Assembly (NCBI RefSeq): GCF_001194135.2
Contig: NC_068994.1
Span: 44,423,902 to 44,462,178 of the forward strand
Direction: 5' to 3'
Source of the DNA: Octopus bimaculoides
Lineage: Eukaryota
Length of the DNA: 38,277 nt
How positions within the stretch are numbered: position 1 is the stretch's first letter; each line of letters starts with the position of its first letter. The position numbers and the translations under genes are program-made. This document shows, one piece after another, positions 22,359 through 34,420 of the stretch. The notes under the pieces were generated by a model. The model was not told the DNA's origin and made no database searches. It saw only the letters and a list, made by a program, of their open reading frames with translations.

Positions 22359-23301
22359 CTTGCAAGAGAAACGTGTGTTGAACCATTAAATAATTAGTCC
22401 AGATACACCCGAAAAGCTCGAGGTCAAACGCACTTTGTTGTAACTTATTAGATGCACACAGTGTTACACAAACCTACTTGACAATCCTCTTCAAAGTGAA
22501 GGTCATCAGTTACGACTAAAATCTTACATAGCAACATTAACTACTTCCTGGATTTAAGTGAACGGATTAAGTCAAAAAAAAATTTTTCATTACATACAGA
22601 AATATCATCGTTGTCACGCTTAAATCGGTGGAACATCCTGCATAAACAAAAATGGTGATACTCCCTCAATATTACGTTACTTGCAATTTTTTTTTTCTTT
22701 TTCCCCAGAATGGTTTCATGGGAATTTTTTGCTTTGTTTATTTATTTACTTATTTATTTATTTATATATTTATTACTTGCAATTATTTTTTTTTTTTTTT
22801 TTAAATAAAATTTGTGTACCCTTATAACAATAAGACCCAAGTCACAAGAATATTCTTGCATAACAATATTGATTAAAGCAAGAATTGGCAACCTTTTCTA
22901 ATTATAAGCAATTTTTTTTTTTTTTTTTACATCTAATTAACCACAAGACCATTTATAACATACAATACAATTTACTTGATCTTCCCCTCATAAAATAGAC
23001 ACACCATTTGTATTGAATTCTGAATAGATCTTTAATAAATTCATGTTTTGTGTAAAAGCAATGCATGAGCTAATATATAAATGTGTGTGTGTGTGTGTGT
23101 TGGTCAGAGAGAGAGAGAGAGAGAGAAAGGAAATAGAGTGTGTATGTCAGAGAAAGTGTGTGAGTTTTGGTGTGTGTGTGTGTGAGAGAGAGAAAATGTG
23201 AGATATATACACAAGTATATATATTTATAAATATTATAACTACGTAAACTACAAATACAATATATCTAATTATATGTATGTATATATGTATATATATATC
23301 G

Positions 23302-23334
<33 letters not shown>

Positions 23335-23549
23335 TATATATACATATATATATAGAGAGAGATATATGTATGTATGTGCGTATATGTATCTGCATTCCCA
23401 CTTATACGCACGTAGTTTAATACGCATTTATGTACATACTCTGCAAATGCATATATGTACATATATNNNNNNNNNNNNNNNNNNNNNNNNNNNNNNNNNN
23501 NNNNNNNNNNNNNNNNNNNNNNNNNNNNNNNNNNNNNNNNNNNNNNNNN

Positions 23550-23612
<63 letters not shown>

Positions 23613-23656
23613 CAAACATACATAAATAACACTATGTAATTATATATATGCATATC

Positions 23657-23697
<41 letters not shown>

Positions 23698-24692
23698 CGC
23701 ACCTACATACATGCACACACAAACACACACACTTACACGCAAACATGCTCATATCCCAACATTGATATATGAATCAATTATAAAAATCTATGGAGATTTA
23801 AATACACACACACACACACACACATACATCATCCTCAGCATCATCATCATCATCATAAAAGATTATATATAAGTATATATATATATGCGTATATGCATAT
23901 GTATTGAAATATATTTAGTTCTGCTCACAAGGCTACGTAATTATGACTTGAATAGAAATCAGATATAGAAATTTTAAAAAAATAGGAAGAATTTCTAAAA
24001 ATTTCGCTGAACCCAATCATAAAAATTATCTTGGCTACATGAAGCAAATTTGACACAGATTACAAGAAAACTGCTGCCAGCAAATCTAGCCAGAAGCAGG
24101 AGTTCTCCCTAAGTCACTGCACTTCACATTGAGCAACATATTATTACTAAAGCAAGTATGTGTGAACCTCATTATTCCCTTGTTAAGGGGTAAAGACATT
24201 GACGAAAATCAATTCAGTTGAATACGATAGCTGGAAAAGCATCAGATCTATGAAGCACTGGCACACCAATCCTGCCCAGTCAGCAGGTCGCATCAGAGAA
24301 CAACACATTTTTATTGAAAACATGCCAAGATATTGAAGAGAGAGAGAGAGGATGAGGATATTTGAGGATTTACAATCTACAGCTAGTTGGTTTCTCTATC
24401 CATTTTCATAAACGCAAAAACAAATTAATTCTGATTCTAATTGCAAAGCATCTGATGTCAAGGTTGTGAGTCCAAATTCAGAGAAAGCAGAAAAAAAAAA
24501 ACGTAATAACAGATAAAAATGAAAATAAAAAAAAACATATAATTTCTTATATATTCATATATTTTTTTTTAAATTGTCTTCCCTTTTGTCAATACTATTG
24601 AATTATACAAGAAGAGGGAGAAATCTGCATGTGCATATATGTGTGTGTGTGTGCATGTATGTGTGTATGTGTGTATATATTATATGTATATG

Positions 24693-24728
<36 letters not shown>

Positions 24729-25210
24729 GGGAAAGGAGGTGAGGAAGAAAAGACCTTTAATGTCGTTTGCAAACTGCAATATATGAACATACATAAATAT
24801 ACCAAAAGATATTAAATCAAATGCTAAAAAAAAAAAAAATGAAAGACGCTNNNNNNNNNNNNNNNNNNNNNNNNNNNNNNNNNNNNNNNNNNNNNNNNNN
24901 NNNNNNNNNNNNNNNNNNNNNNNNNNNNNNNNNNNNNNNNNNNNNNNNNNNNNNNNNNNNNNNNNNNNNNNNNNNNNNNNNNNNNNNNNNNNNNNNNNNN
25001 NNNNNNNNNNNNNNNNNNNNNNNNNNNNNNNNNNNNNNNNNNNNNNNNNNNNNNNNNNNNNNNNNNNNNNNNNNNNNNNNNNNNNNNNNNNNNNNNNNNN
25101 NNNNNNNNNNNNNNNNNNNNNNNNNNNNNNNNNNNNNNNNNNNNNNNNNNNNNNNNNNNNNNNNNNNNNNNNNNNNNNNNNNNNNNNNNNNNNNNNNNNN
25201 NNNNNNNNNN

Positions 25211-25256
25211 GTCCTCCTCCTCCTCCTTCTCGTCCTCCTCCTCCTCCTCCTCCTCT
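25211..25256. repeat. (TCC)n repeat at gap edge
   Basis: Directly visible. Confidence 0.9.
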
Positions 25257-25487
25257 TGCAATGTATTCTAATTCATTAGTATCAGAGAAGGATAACTACA
25301 ACTACTCCAACCAGGGATAAAACTGTTGCTTTGATACAACCATACCACTTACAGAGAGAGAAATGCTTTCTCTTGTTAGGTTTTTAAAGCAGCTTGGGTT
25401 GATGAAGAATATAATGATATAATGTAATATATACACATACATAGGTCTAGATATACTTAAACAGATAGATAGATAGATAGATAGATA

Positions 25488-25522
<35 letters not shown>

Positions 25523-26514
25523 GTGCGCGCACGTATGTGTCNNNNNNNNNNNNNNNNNNNNNNNNNNNNNNNNNNNNNNNNNNNNNNNNNNNNNNNNNNN
25601 NNNNNNNNNNNNNNNNNNNNNNNNNNNNNNNNNNNNNNNNNNNNNNNNNNNNNNNNNNNNNNNNNNNNNNNNNNNNNNNNNNNNNNNNNNNNNNNNNNNN
25701 NNNNNNNNNNNNNNNNNNNNNNNNNNNNNNNNNNNNNNNNNNNNNNNNNNNNNNNNNNNNNNNNNNNNNNNNNNNNNNNNNNNNNNNNNNNNNNNNNNNN
25801 NNNNNNNNNNNNNNNNNNNNNNNNNNNNNNNNNNNNNNNNNNNNNNNNNNNNNNNNNNNNNNNNNNNNNNNNNNNNNNNNNNNNNNNNNNNNNNNNNNNN
25901 NNNNNNNNNNNNNNNNNNNNNNNNNNNNNNNNNNNNNNNNNNNNNNNNNNNNNNNNNNNNNNNNNNNNNNNNNNNNNNNNNNNNNNNNNNNNNNNNNNNN
26001 NNNNNNNNNNNNNNNNNNNNNNNNNNNNNNNNNNNNNNNNNNNNNNNNNNNNNNNNNNNNNNNNNNNNNNNNNNNNNNNNNNNNNNNNNNNNNNNNNNNN
26101 NNNNNNNNNNNNNNNNNNNNNNNNNNNNNNNNNNNNNNNNNNNNNNNNNNNNNNNNNNNNNNNNNNNNNNNNNNNNNNNNNNNNNNNNNNNNNNNNNNNN
26201 NNNNNNNNNNNNNNNNNNNNNNNNNNNNNNNNNNNNNNNNNNNNNNNNNNNNNNNNNNNNNNNNNNNNNNNNNNNNNNNNNNNNNNNNNNNNNNNNNNNN
26301 NNNNNNNNNNNNNNNNNNNNNNNNNNNNNNNNNNNNNNNNNNNNNNNNNNNNNNNNNNNNNNNNNNNNNNNNNNNNNNNNNNNNNNNNNNNNNNNNNNNN
26401 NNNNNNNNNNNNNNNNNNNNNNNNNNATATATATGTATATGGGTAGATAGATTGATAGAGAGAGAAAAATATATATATATATGAATACATATACATATAT
26501 ATTCAGTATTATAG

Positions 26515-26554
<40 letters not shown>

Positions 26555-28055
26555 GTGCGCGCACGTATGTGTCTGTGTATCTATATTTATATAATTATAT
26601 ACGCACATATGTATCAACATATACATACATTCATACATTTGATATATGTATATACATATAGTGTCTCCATTAAATGCATATACAAACATATACATATATG
26701 CGTATATACATACATAAATGCACGCAGTTATATATAGATAGATAGATATATAGACATACACAAACACACTTATATTAACAAAGTTACAAACATACTATGC
26801 ATTCATAACCTTTAATATAAATATGCATATACACGCACATGTAAATTTACAGATATATGTATATATGTATGTATATATATGTATATGAGTGTATGTGTTT
26901 TGTGTGTGCCGAACACACATACACCACACATGCATATACATGCGCACACACATATATATACACACACACATACACATATAGAAATATACTCATAGATATA
27001 TATACATATAGATATATGTATGTGTATATATATATATATATCATATATATGCTTTATGCATTCATATTTATGTACATAAAGATGTGCATCCATGCATGCT
27101 TGCATGTATACACGCACACATTTGCATATACCCATATACCACGCGCATATTTATATTTACACATATAGAAATATATTTATTGTATATGTCTGTGCATTTG
27201 AGCATATAATTTCTATACACGTTCATGTAGACGTTCATACGTGCGTGTGTATGTATGTGTGCATGTATATAAAGATGTGCACTCACACACACATAGACAC
27301 ACACACAAGTGTGTACATGCATACACACACACATGGATATACATACATGCGCGTATGCATGCATGAAGACACACAGCTACTAAATTTTAGCATGGTTTTT
27401 CTAAAGGTCTTGTTGAATAACATTCGGACATGTTATAGTATAGATTTTCTTCCTCCTTATACCCATAAATATACGTACATAAAAGATATATATACATATA
27501 TATAGAGAGAGAGATAGATGGATAGATAGATAGATAGATATACATTCACACATACATACATACATACATACATAAATGAATACATTTATACATATGTATA
27601 TACATATGTACATTATCACAGATATATATATATACACATATAGAAGGGGTGAAAAAAAATTTCTACAGCGAAGATGCAACCAGGCTTCTCTCTCTTTCTA
27701 TGCATTTCTCTTTGTACGTCTCCCCTTCTCCTTTCATTTACTGCTAGCCCACCCCACTGCTACTAAGCACCCATGACCTACCTACCTATCAACCAACCAT
27801 CTACCCAACAATCAACCACTGCAGCCATTACATTCATTCTTTTTTCTTCCTTTTTTTCTTTCTTTCTTCCTTTTTTTCTTTCTTTCTTTCTTTTTTTTTT
27901 TTTCTTTTCTCTTTCCTCACTAGTAACAATTTTTTTCTTTTCACACAGCTGATCATCGGGAAGAAAGAGATTCTGAAGGAAAATAAATACAGGGTGGATG
28001 GAGGGAGGAAAACAATCACACACACACACACAAAGATTACACATAAAAAAAAATT

Positions 28056-28066
<11 letters not shown>

Positions 28067-28086
<20 letters not shown>

Positions 28087-28108
28087 TAATAATAATAATA
28101 ATAATGAT
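28067..28108. repeat. (AAT)n microsatellite
   Basis: Directly visible. Confidence 0.95.
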
Positions 28109-28709
28109 AATGAAAGAAAGCAATGAGAAGAAGGAAAATATGAGGGGAGGGGGAGACGAAGCGAGTTTAAATTCCCAGATAAACAGTTCTACACATCCAT
28201 CTTCAGCCTCCTCACTGNNNNNNNNNNNNNNNNNNNNNNNNNNNNNNNNNNNNNNNNNNNNNNNNNNNNNNNNNNNNNNNNNNNNNNNNNNNNNNNNNNN
28301 NNNNNNNNNNNNNNNNNNNNNNNNNNNNNNNNNNNNNNNNNNNNNNNNNNNNNNNNNNNNNNNNNNNNNNNNNNNNNNNNNNNNNNNNNNNNNNNNNNNN
28401 NNNNNNNNNNNNNNNNNNNNNNNNNNNNNNNNNNNNNNNNNNNNNNNNNNNNNNNNNNNNNNNNNNNNNNNNNNNNNNNNNNNNNNNNNNNNNNNNNNNN
28501 NNNNNNNNNNNNNNNNNNNNNNNNNNNNNNNNNNNNNNNNNNNNNNNNNNNNNNNNNNNNNNNNNNNNNNNNNNNNNNNNNNNNNNNNNNNNNNNNNNNN
28601 NNNNNNNNNNNNNNNNNNNNNNNNNNNNNNNNNNNNNNNNNNNNNNNNNNNNNNNNNNNNNNNNNNNNNNNNNNNNNNNNNNNNNNNNNNNNNNNNNNNN
28701 NNNNNNNNN

Positions 28710-28751
<42 letters not shown>

Positions 28752-29400
28752 CATACACACACATATATATATATATAAATATATACCCACATATATATAT
28801 ATTATGCAAATATTGTTTTCATGGAAGAGAAACAGAAATTCCATGTTGTAACAGATTCAACCAAATCTCTGTCGATATCCACTTCCCATCTTGTTCAAGC
28901 TCACCACCAACACTAGCACCACTACTACCATCATCATCTCCACAACTCTCTCTTTCTCTTTCTCTCTCTCTCTCTCTCTCTCCCTCTCTTTCTGTAACTC
29001 TCTTTGTATCTTTTCTTTCACTACCATCTCTCTCCATTTTGGCCACACCATCTTTTAGTTGATTTCATTTTCTCTCTCACGTTTCAACACTTGCTGCATC
29101 TTCTTTCCATCCATCCGTCCATCCATCCATCCATCCATCCATTCCTAGCAGCATCTTAACGTTATCTTGTCATTGATGTAGATCTATCCATTGTATTTAT
29201 TTACTTGTCCATCAATCTATCCGTGTATGAACGTGAATGTGTGTATGAGTGCATGCTTGTGTGCATGTATATGCATGATGCGTGCATGTATGCGTATGTG
29301 CATATGTGTGTGTGTGTGTACGTGTATGTGCATCCCCTTCTTCACATCCATAGAAACACGTGTGTGTGTATGTGTGTGTATACATATTTATATATGTATA

Positions 29401-29465
<65 letters not shown>

Positions 29466-29586
29466 TTATATTGGTAGGTATTGGTATAGATAAATCTAAA
29501 GGTGTGTATAGAAATATGTATAAAGGTATATATTCACAGCTATAGACCTCCCCAACGCAGGCAATACACAACGCACACAGACACAA

Positions 29587-29624
<38 letters not shown>

Positions 29625-29823
29625 TCATACAGATAATACAGTAGTGTAGAATAGAATAGAGTAGAGTAGAGTACAGTACAGTACGATGTGGAAAGAGAAG
29701 CCTTGGATTTTTCATATTAGTATTTTAAATTCCGTAGAAGAGAAAAATGGCAACATCAACAACAACAACAACAGGAAAAAAACACACAAAAAAATACTTA
29801 CAAAAAAAAAAAATCCTACTTAC

Positions 29824-29985
29824 TTCTACTGTTTCATCCATTGCTATCTGCTGTGACTGAGGATAAATATCCTGTGCTAGAATCCTATAGTAGCTACTGC
29901 CGTATTGTGACAACTGCATTATGTAGATGGGTTTCTGCCGCTTGTGAATAAATGTTAACCTGCTACTCCAGCAACTATTCTCTGC
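29824..29985 (-). CDS. Candidate exon of an unidentified gene
   Basis: Donor GAA|gtaagt at 29823; 54 open codons ending ...MQLSQYGSSYYRILAQDIYPQSQQIAMDETVE; 5' boundary uncertain; no recognised homology. Confidence 0.25.
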
Positions 29986-30100
29986 CTATACATCTGGTTG
30001 TCTGTGCCTAGGTCCGAGTGGTAGTTAGCTTTGGTCTGTGTTCTTGTGGAGCTTGTATCATTGTGTCTGTGTGTTGGAGGAAGCTCATGTGACTGTGTCA

Positions 30101-30141
<41 letters not shown>

Positions 30142-30275
30142 TTTGTATATGTGTTTGTATATATGTGTGTGGTTGTATGTATGTGTGTCCATGAGCGAGA
30201 GAGCATAAGTGCATATGTGTATGAGTGTGTATATATACATACATATATATGTATATGTGTGTGTGTGTGCACGCG

Positions 30276-30312
<37 letters not shown>

Positions 30313-30809
30313 ATATGTATAAATGTAGGAAAGAATCTATATGTCTTTGGTTATTTGTGTGTGTATGCGTGTGTGTTTGGCTATATGTATATGGTGCAAA
30401 TATTAGAGAGTAAACTTATGTGATTATATTTTTTTAATATGTGTGTATATGTGTGTGTATGTGTACATATGCGTGTATGTGTGTATGTCTGTGTATTAAT
30501 GAGCTCATGTGACTGTGTGTTCTAGAAAAAAAAAGCCTATATGATTCTGTCTGCACAGTAGAGAGCCTGAGTGCATCTATTGGTGCACTAGTGAAGCCCA
30601 TGTGTAGATGTAAATATGTTTATATGAGTGTGTATGTATATGTGTGTGTGTGTGTCTTTTTGTGTATCTGTATGTATGTGTTCATGTGTACATGGATGAG
30701 CATCTGTTTATGTGTATGTGCGTGTGTGTGTGTGTTAATGAAAAAGCTTTTGTGCTTGTATGATGTTAAGCTTGCAGTGCTGTCAATCTGCACTAGCAAG
30801 CTTACATTG

Positions 30810-30862
<53 letters not shown>

Positions 30863-31633
30863 GCTCTTTCTCCTTCTTTCCCCCCTCTCTCTATCCCTTA
30901 CTCTCTCTCACACACTCTTTCTGTCACATCATCATCATCTATCTCTCTTTCTCTCTCTCTCTCTCTCACACACACACACNNNNNNNNNNNNNNNNNNNNN
31001 NNNNNNNNNNNNNNNNNNNNNNNNNNNNNNNNNNNNNNNNNNNNNNNNNNNNNNNNNNNNNNNNNNNNNNNNNNNNNNNNNNNNNNNNNNNNNNNNNNNN
31101 NNNNNNNNNNNNNNNNNNNNNNNNNNNNNNNNNNNNNNNNNNNNNNNNNNNNNNNNNNNNNNNNNNNNNNNNNNNNNNNNNNNNNNNNNNNNNNNNNNNN
31201 NNNNNNNNNNNNNNNNNNNNNNNNNNNNNNNNNNNNNNNNNNNNNNNNNNNNNNNNNNNNNNNNNNNNNNNNNNNNNNNNNNNNNNNNNNNNNNNNNNNN
31301 NNNNNNNNNNNNNNNNNNNNNNNNNNNNNNNNNNNNNNNNNNNNNNNNNNNNNNNNNNNNNNNNNNNNNNNNNNNNNNNNNNNNNNNNNNNNNNNNNNNN
31401 NNNNNNNNNNNNNNNNNNNNNNNNNNNNNNNNNNNNNNNNNNNNNNNNNNNNNNNNNNNNNNNNNNNNNNNNNNNNNNNNNNNNNNNNNNNNNNNNNNNN
31501 NNNNNNNNNNNNNNNNNNNNNNNNNNNNNNNNNNNNNNNNNNNNNNNNNNNNNNNNNNNNNNNNNNNNNNNNNNNNNNNNNNNNNNNNNNNNNNNNNNNN
31601 NNNNNNNNNNNNNNTGTGTGTATGTGTATATAC

Positions 31634-31670
<37 letters not shown>

Positions 31671-31886
31671 AAAACATATGTGTGTGTGTATGTATGAATT
31701 AGTTGGAAAATCTATTCTATTATCGGGGTGTATATTTGAAAATATGAACTCCTCACTAGATATGATTTACATGTGCAACTGTTGTATTGTATGTTAGGGA
31801 GATCTATACATGTTTGCATACAAGTACCGCAGTCACAAATTGATAGATAGGGTTTTATACATGGCAAGAGAGAGAGAGAAAGAGAT

Positions 31887-31941
<55 letters not shown>

Positions 31942-32048
31942 AATGTTATAGTCTTAAACCATATATATAAGGCATTACTAATTCCCATTGAACTATTATG
32001 CTACTAATGCATACACATACGCCCTACACATATTTTAACTATGCTGGT

Positions 32049-32282
32049 GTTGTTGCCATTGCCTAGCCCCAGAACAACCTTGATTGTGCAGACACATGAT
32101 CAAAGACATTCCAACCATGACCAGCCTGTCTTTTTTTGCTTTCTCCTGTATGCAACAAACCTAGAATCACATTATACAAGGTGTCCCTTTTTTTTTTGTA
32201 TCTAAGAAGCTTGGATGTGATATGAGATATATGCAGCTGTTATTTCTAGCAGTAAACAGCCAGGTACAGGCTTCTTCAATGG
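32049..32282 (-). mobile_element. Interspersed repeat family D (retroposon-like 3' end with CAA tail)
   Basis: Reverse complement (gctagaaataacagc...ggtcatggttggaatgtctttgatcat...ggggctaggcaatggcaacaac) aligns with 35890-36237. Confidence 0.6.
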
Positions 32283-32665
32283 CTTGAGCTTAACTATGTC
32301 AAATACATAGGCACCCATTTATTAAACATATAGGCCGACATTTATTTCAATACATCCAACATATCATACAATACAATACAATACAATAAAGGATATCATC
32401 AGTCAAAATGGTGTCAAACAAACAGACAGTCGTTCATCAAACATACCAGTACACAGTTGCCCAGTATATAGGTACACATATTAAAAATCTATCAAACACA
32501 ACACATATTTTTAAAATGTGAAATGCTTGAATTACACATTTATCAAACATATATTCACACGTGCCATTTCTGGTATAACCCATACAGGTTATGAGTTATA
32601 TCAGACTCAACACCATATATGCACAATCATATCTATCTACATATCTGTCTATCTATTAATCTATA

Positions 32666-32728
<63 letters not shown>

Positions 32729-33636
32729 NNNNNNNNNNNNNNNNNNNNNNNNNNNNNNNNNNNNNNNNNNNNNNNNNNNNNNNNNNNNNNNNNNNNNNNN
32801 NNNNNNNNNNNNNNNNNNNNNNNNNNNNNNNNNNNNNNNNNNNNNNNNNNNNNNNNNNNNNNNNNNNNNNNNNNNNNNNNNNNNNNNNNNNNNNNNNNNN
32901 NNNNNNNNNNNNNNNNNNNNNNNNNNNNNNNNNNNNNNNNNNNNNNNNNNNNNNNNNNNNNNNNNNNNNNNNNNNNNNNNNNNNNNNNNNNNNNNNNNNN
33001 NNNNNNNNNNNNNNNNNNNNNNNNNNNNNNNNNNNNNNNNNNNNNNNNNNNNNNNNNNNNNNNNNNNNNNNNNNNNNNNNNNNNNNNNNNNNNNNNNNNN
33101 NNNNNNNNNNNNNNNNNNNNNNNNNNNNNNNNNNNNNNNNNNNNNNNNNNNNNNNNNNNNNNNNNNNNNNNNNNNNNNNNNNNNNNNNNNNNNNNNNNNN
33201 NNNNNNNNNNNNNNNNNNNNNNNNNNNNNNNNNNNNNNNNNNNNNNNNNNNNNNNNNNNNNNNNNNNNNNNNNNNNNNNNNNNNNNNNNNNNNNNNNNNN
33301 NNNNNNNNNNNNNNNNNNNNNNNNNNNNNNNNNNNNNNNNNNNNNNNNNNNNNNNNNNNNNNNNNNNNNNNNNNNNNNNNNNNNNNNNNNNNNNNNNNNN
33401 NNNNNNNNNNNNNNNNNNNNNNNNNNNNNNNNNNNNNNNNNNNNNNNNNNNNNNNNNNNNNNNNNNNNNNNNNNNNNNNNNNNNNNNNNNNNNNNNNNNN
33501 NNNNNNNNNNNNNNNNNNNNNNNNNNNNNNNNNNNNNNNNNNNNNNNNNNNNNNNNNNNNNNNNNNNNNNNNNNNNNNNNNNNNNNNNNNNNNNNNNNNN
33601 NNNNNNNNNNNNNNNNNNNNNNNNNNNNNNNNNNNN

Positions 33637-33668
<32 letters not shown>

Positions 33669-33739
33669 TACACATATATAGGCATAAAATATGTATATGC
33701 ATATATATATACATATACATACATATATACATAGGTATA

Positions 33740-34420
33740 CAGGGTGCGATGGGTAAATTGTTGCCATTTTATATTTTTAATTTCACGCATGCACATTGTG
33801 TCGTTTTGACTTTTTTGGACAACACAGTATAGTAGGGTCACTTGGGCACCATCTGAGAGAAAGACTGCAACATGATGCAATTCACACTGCCAGAAATTTA
33901 GAAACGACATACTGTACTACTTGGCATTCATGCCAGAAGCTCCAATATGAGCAGATGGGGAACACACAGAACACCTGTCAGTTTGCCATGTCCCCAAAAC
34001 ATGTACCATGAGTGATTAAAATCAAACATCCAGTCAACATCATGGTGTTTTGAGTGATTACTAGTGATGTCAATGTTATGCCTCTATTCATCTTCCCACG
34101 TGGCCTTAGACTTAACACGGAGGCTTGAATCAAGTGCAAGGAGGAGGTAGTGCTGCCCTGAGTCAAGAGGGTGGCCGCTAAAAGACCCTACGTCTGGCAA
34201 CAGGACTCTGCACCAGGCCACACAAGCAGGAGAACCCAGTCATGGTTGTTAGACAATTTCTGCAACCACATAACCCCTAACATCTGGCCACCTAACTCCA
34301 GACTGCAACCTCCTTGATTATTATGTGTGGGGCGCAGTTGAGCAAGAGACCAACAAAACTCCTTGTAACACCAAAGATGAACTGAAGGCAAGGATTATGG
34401 CAGCATTCACCAGCTTAGAC
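33740..34420 (+). mobile_element. Tc1/mariner DD37D (maT-type) transposon, internally deleted, with decayed transposase
   Basis: TA then CAGGGTGCGATGGG left end; translation KHPVNIMVF*VITSD..VMPLFIFP...YVWQQDSAPGHTSRRTQSWLLDNFCNHITPNIWPPNS(fs)DCNLLDYYVWGAVEQETNKTPCNTKDELKARIMAAF; 37 residues between 2nd and 3rd D after repairing a 1-nt frameshift. Confidence 0.88.

Noticed and set aside
22480-22509. Minus-strand CTGATGA followed by a hairpin
   Set aside because: Hairpin is followed by ATTG rather than GAAA; core incomplete
28819-29046. Acidic/Gly-rich minus-strand ORF
   Set aside because: Built largely from (GA)n and (GAT/GGT)n low-complexity tracts
16609-29890. 17-bp exact match GTGCTAGAATCCTATAG at 16609-16625 and 29874-29890
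   Set aside because: No flanking homology; an isolated 17-mer match in AT-biased 38 kb is borderline chance
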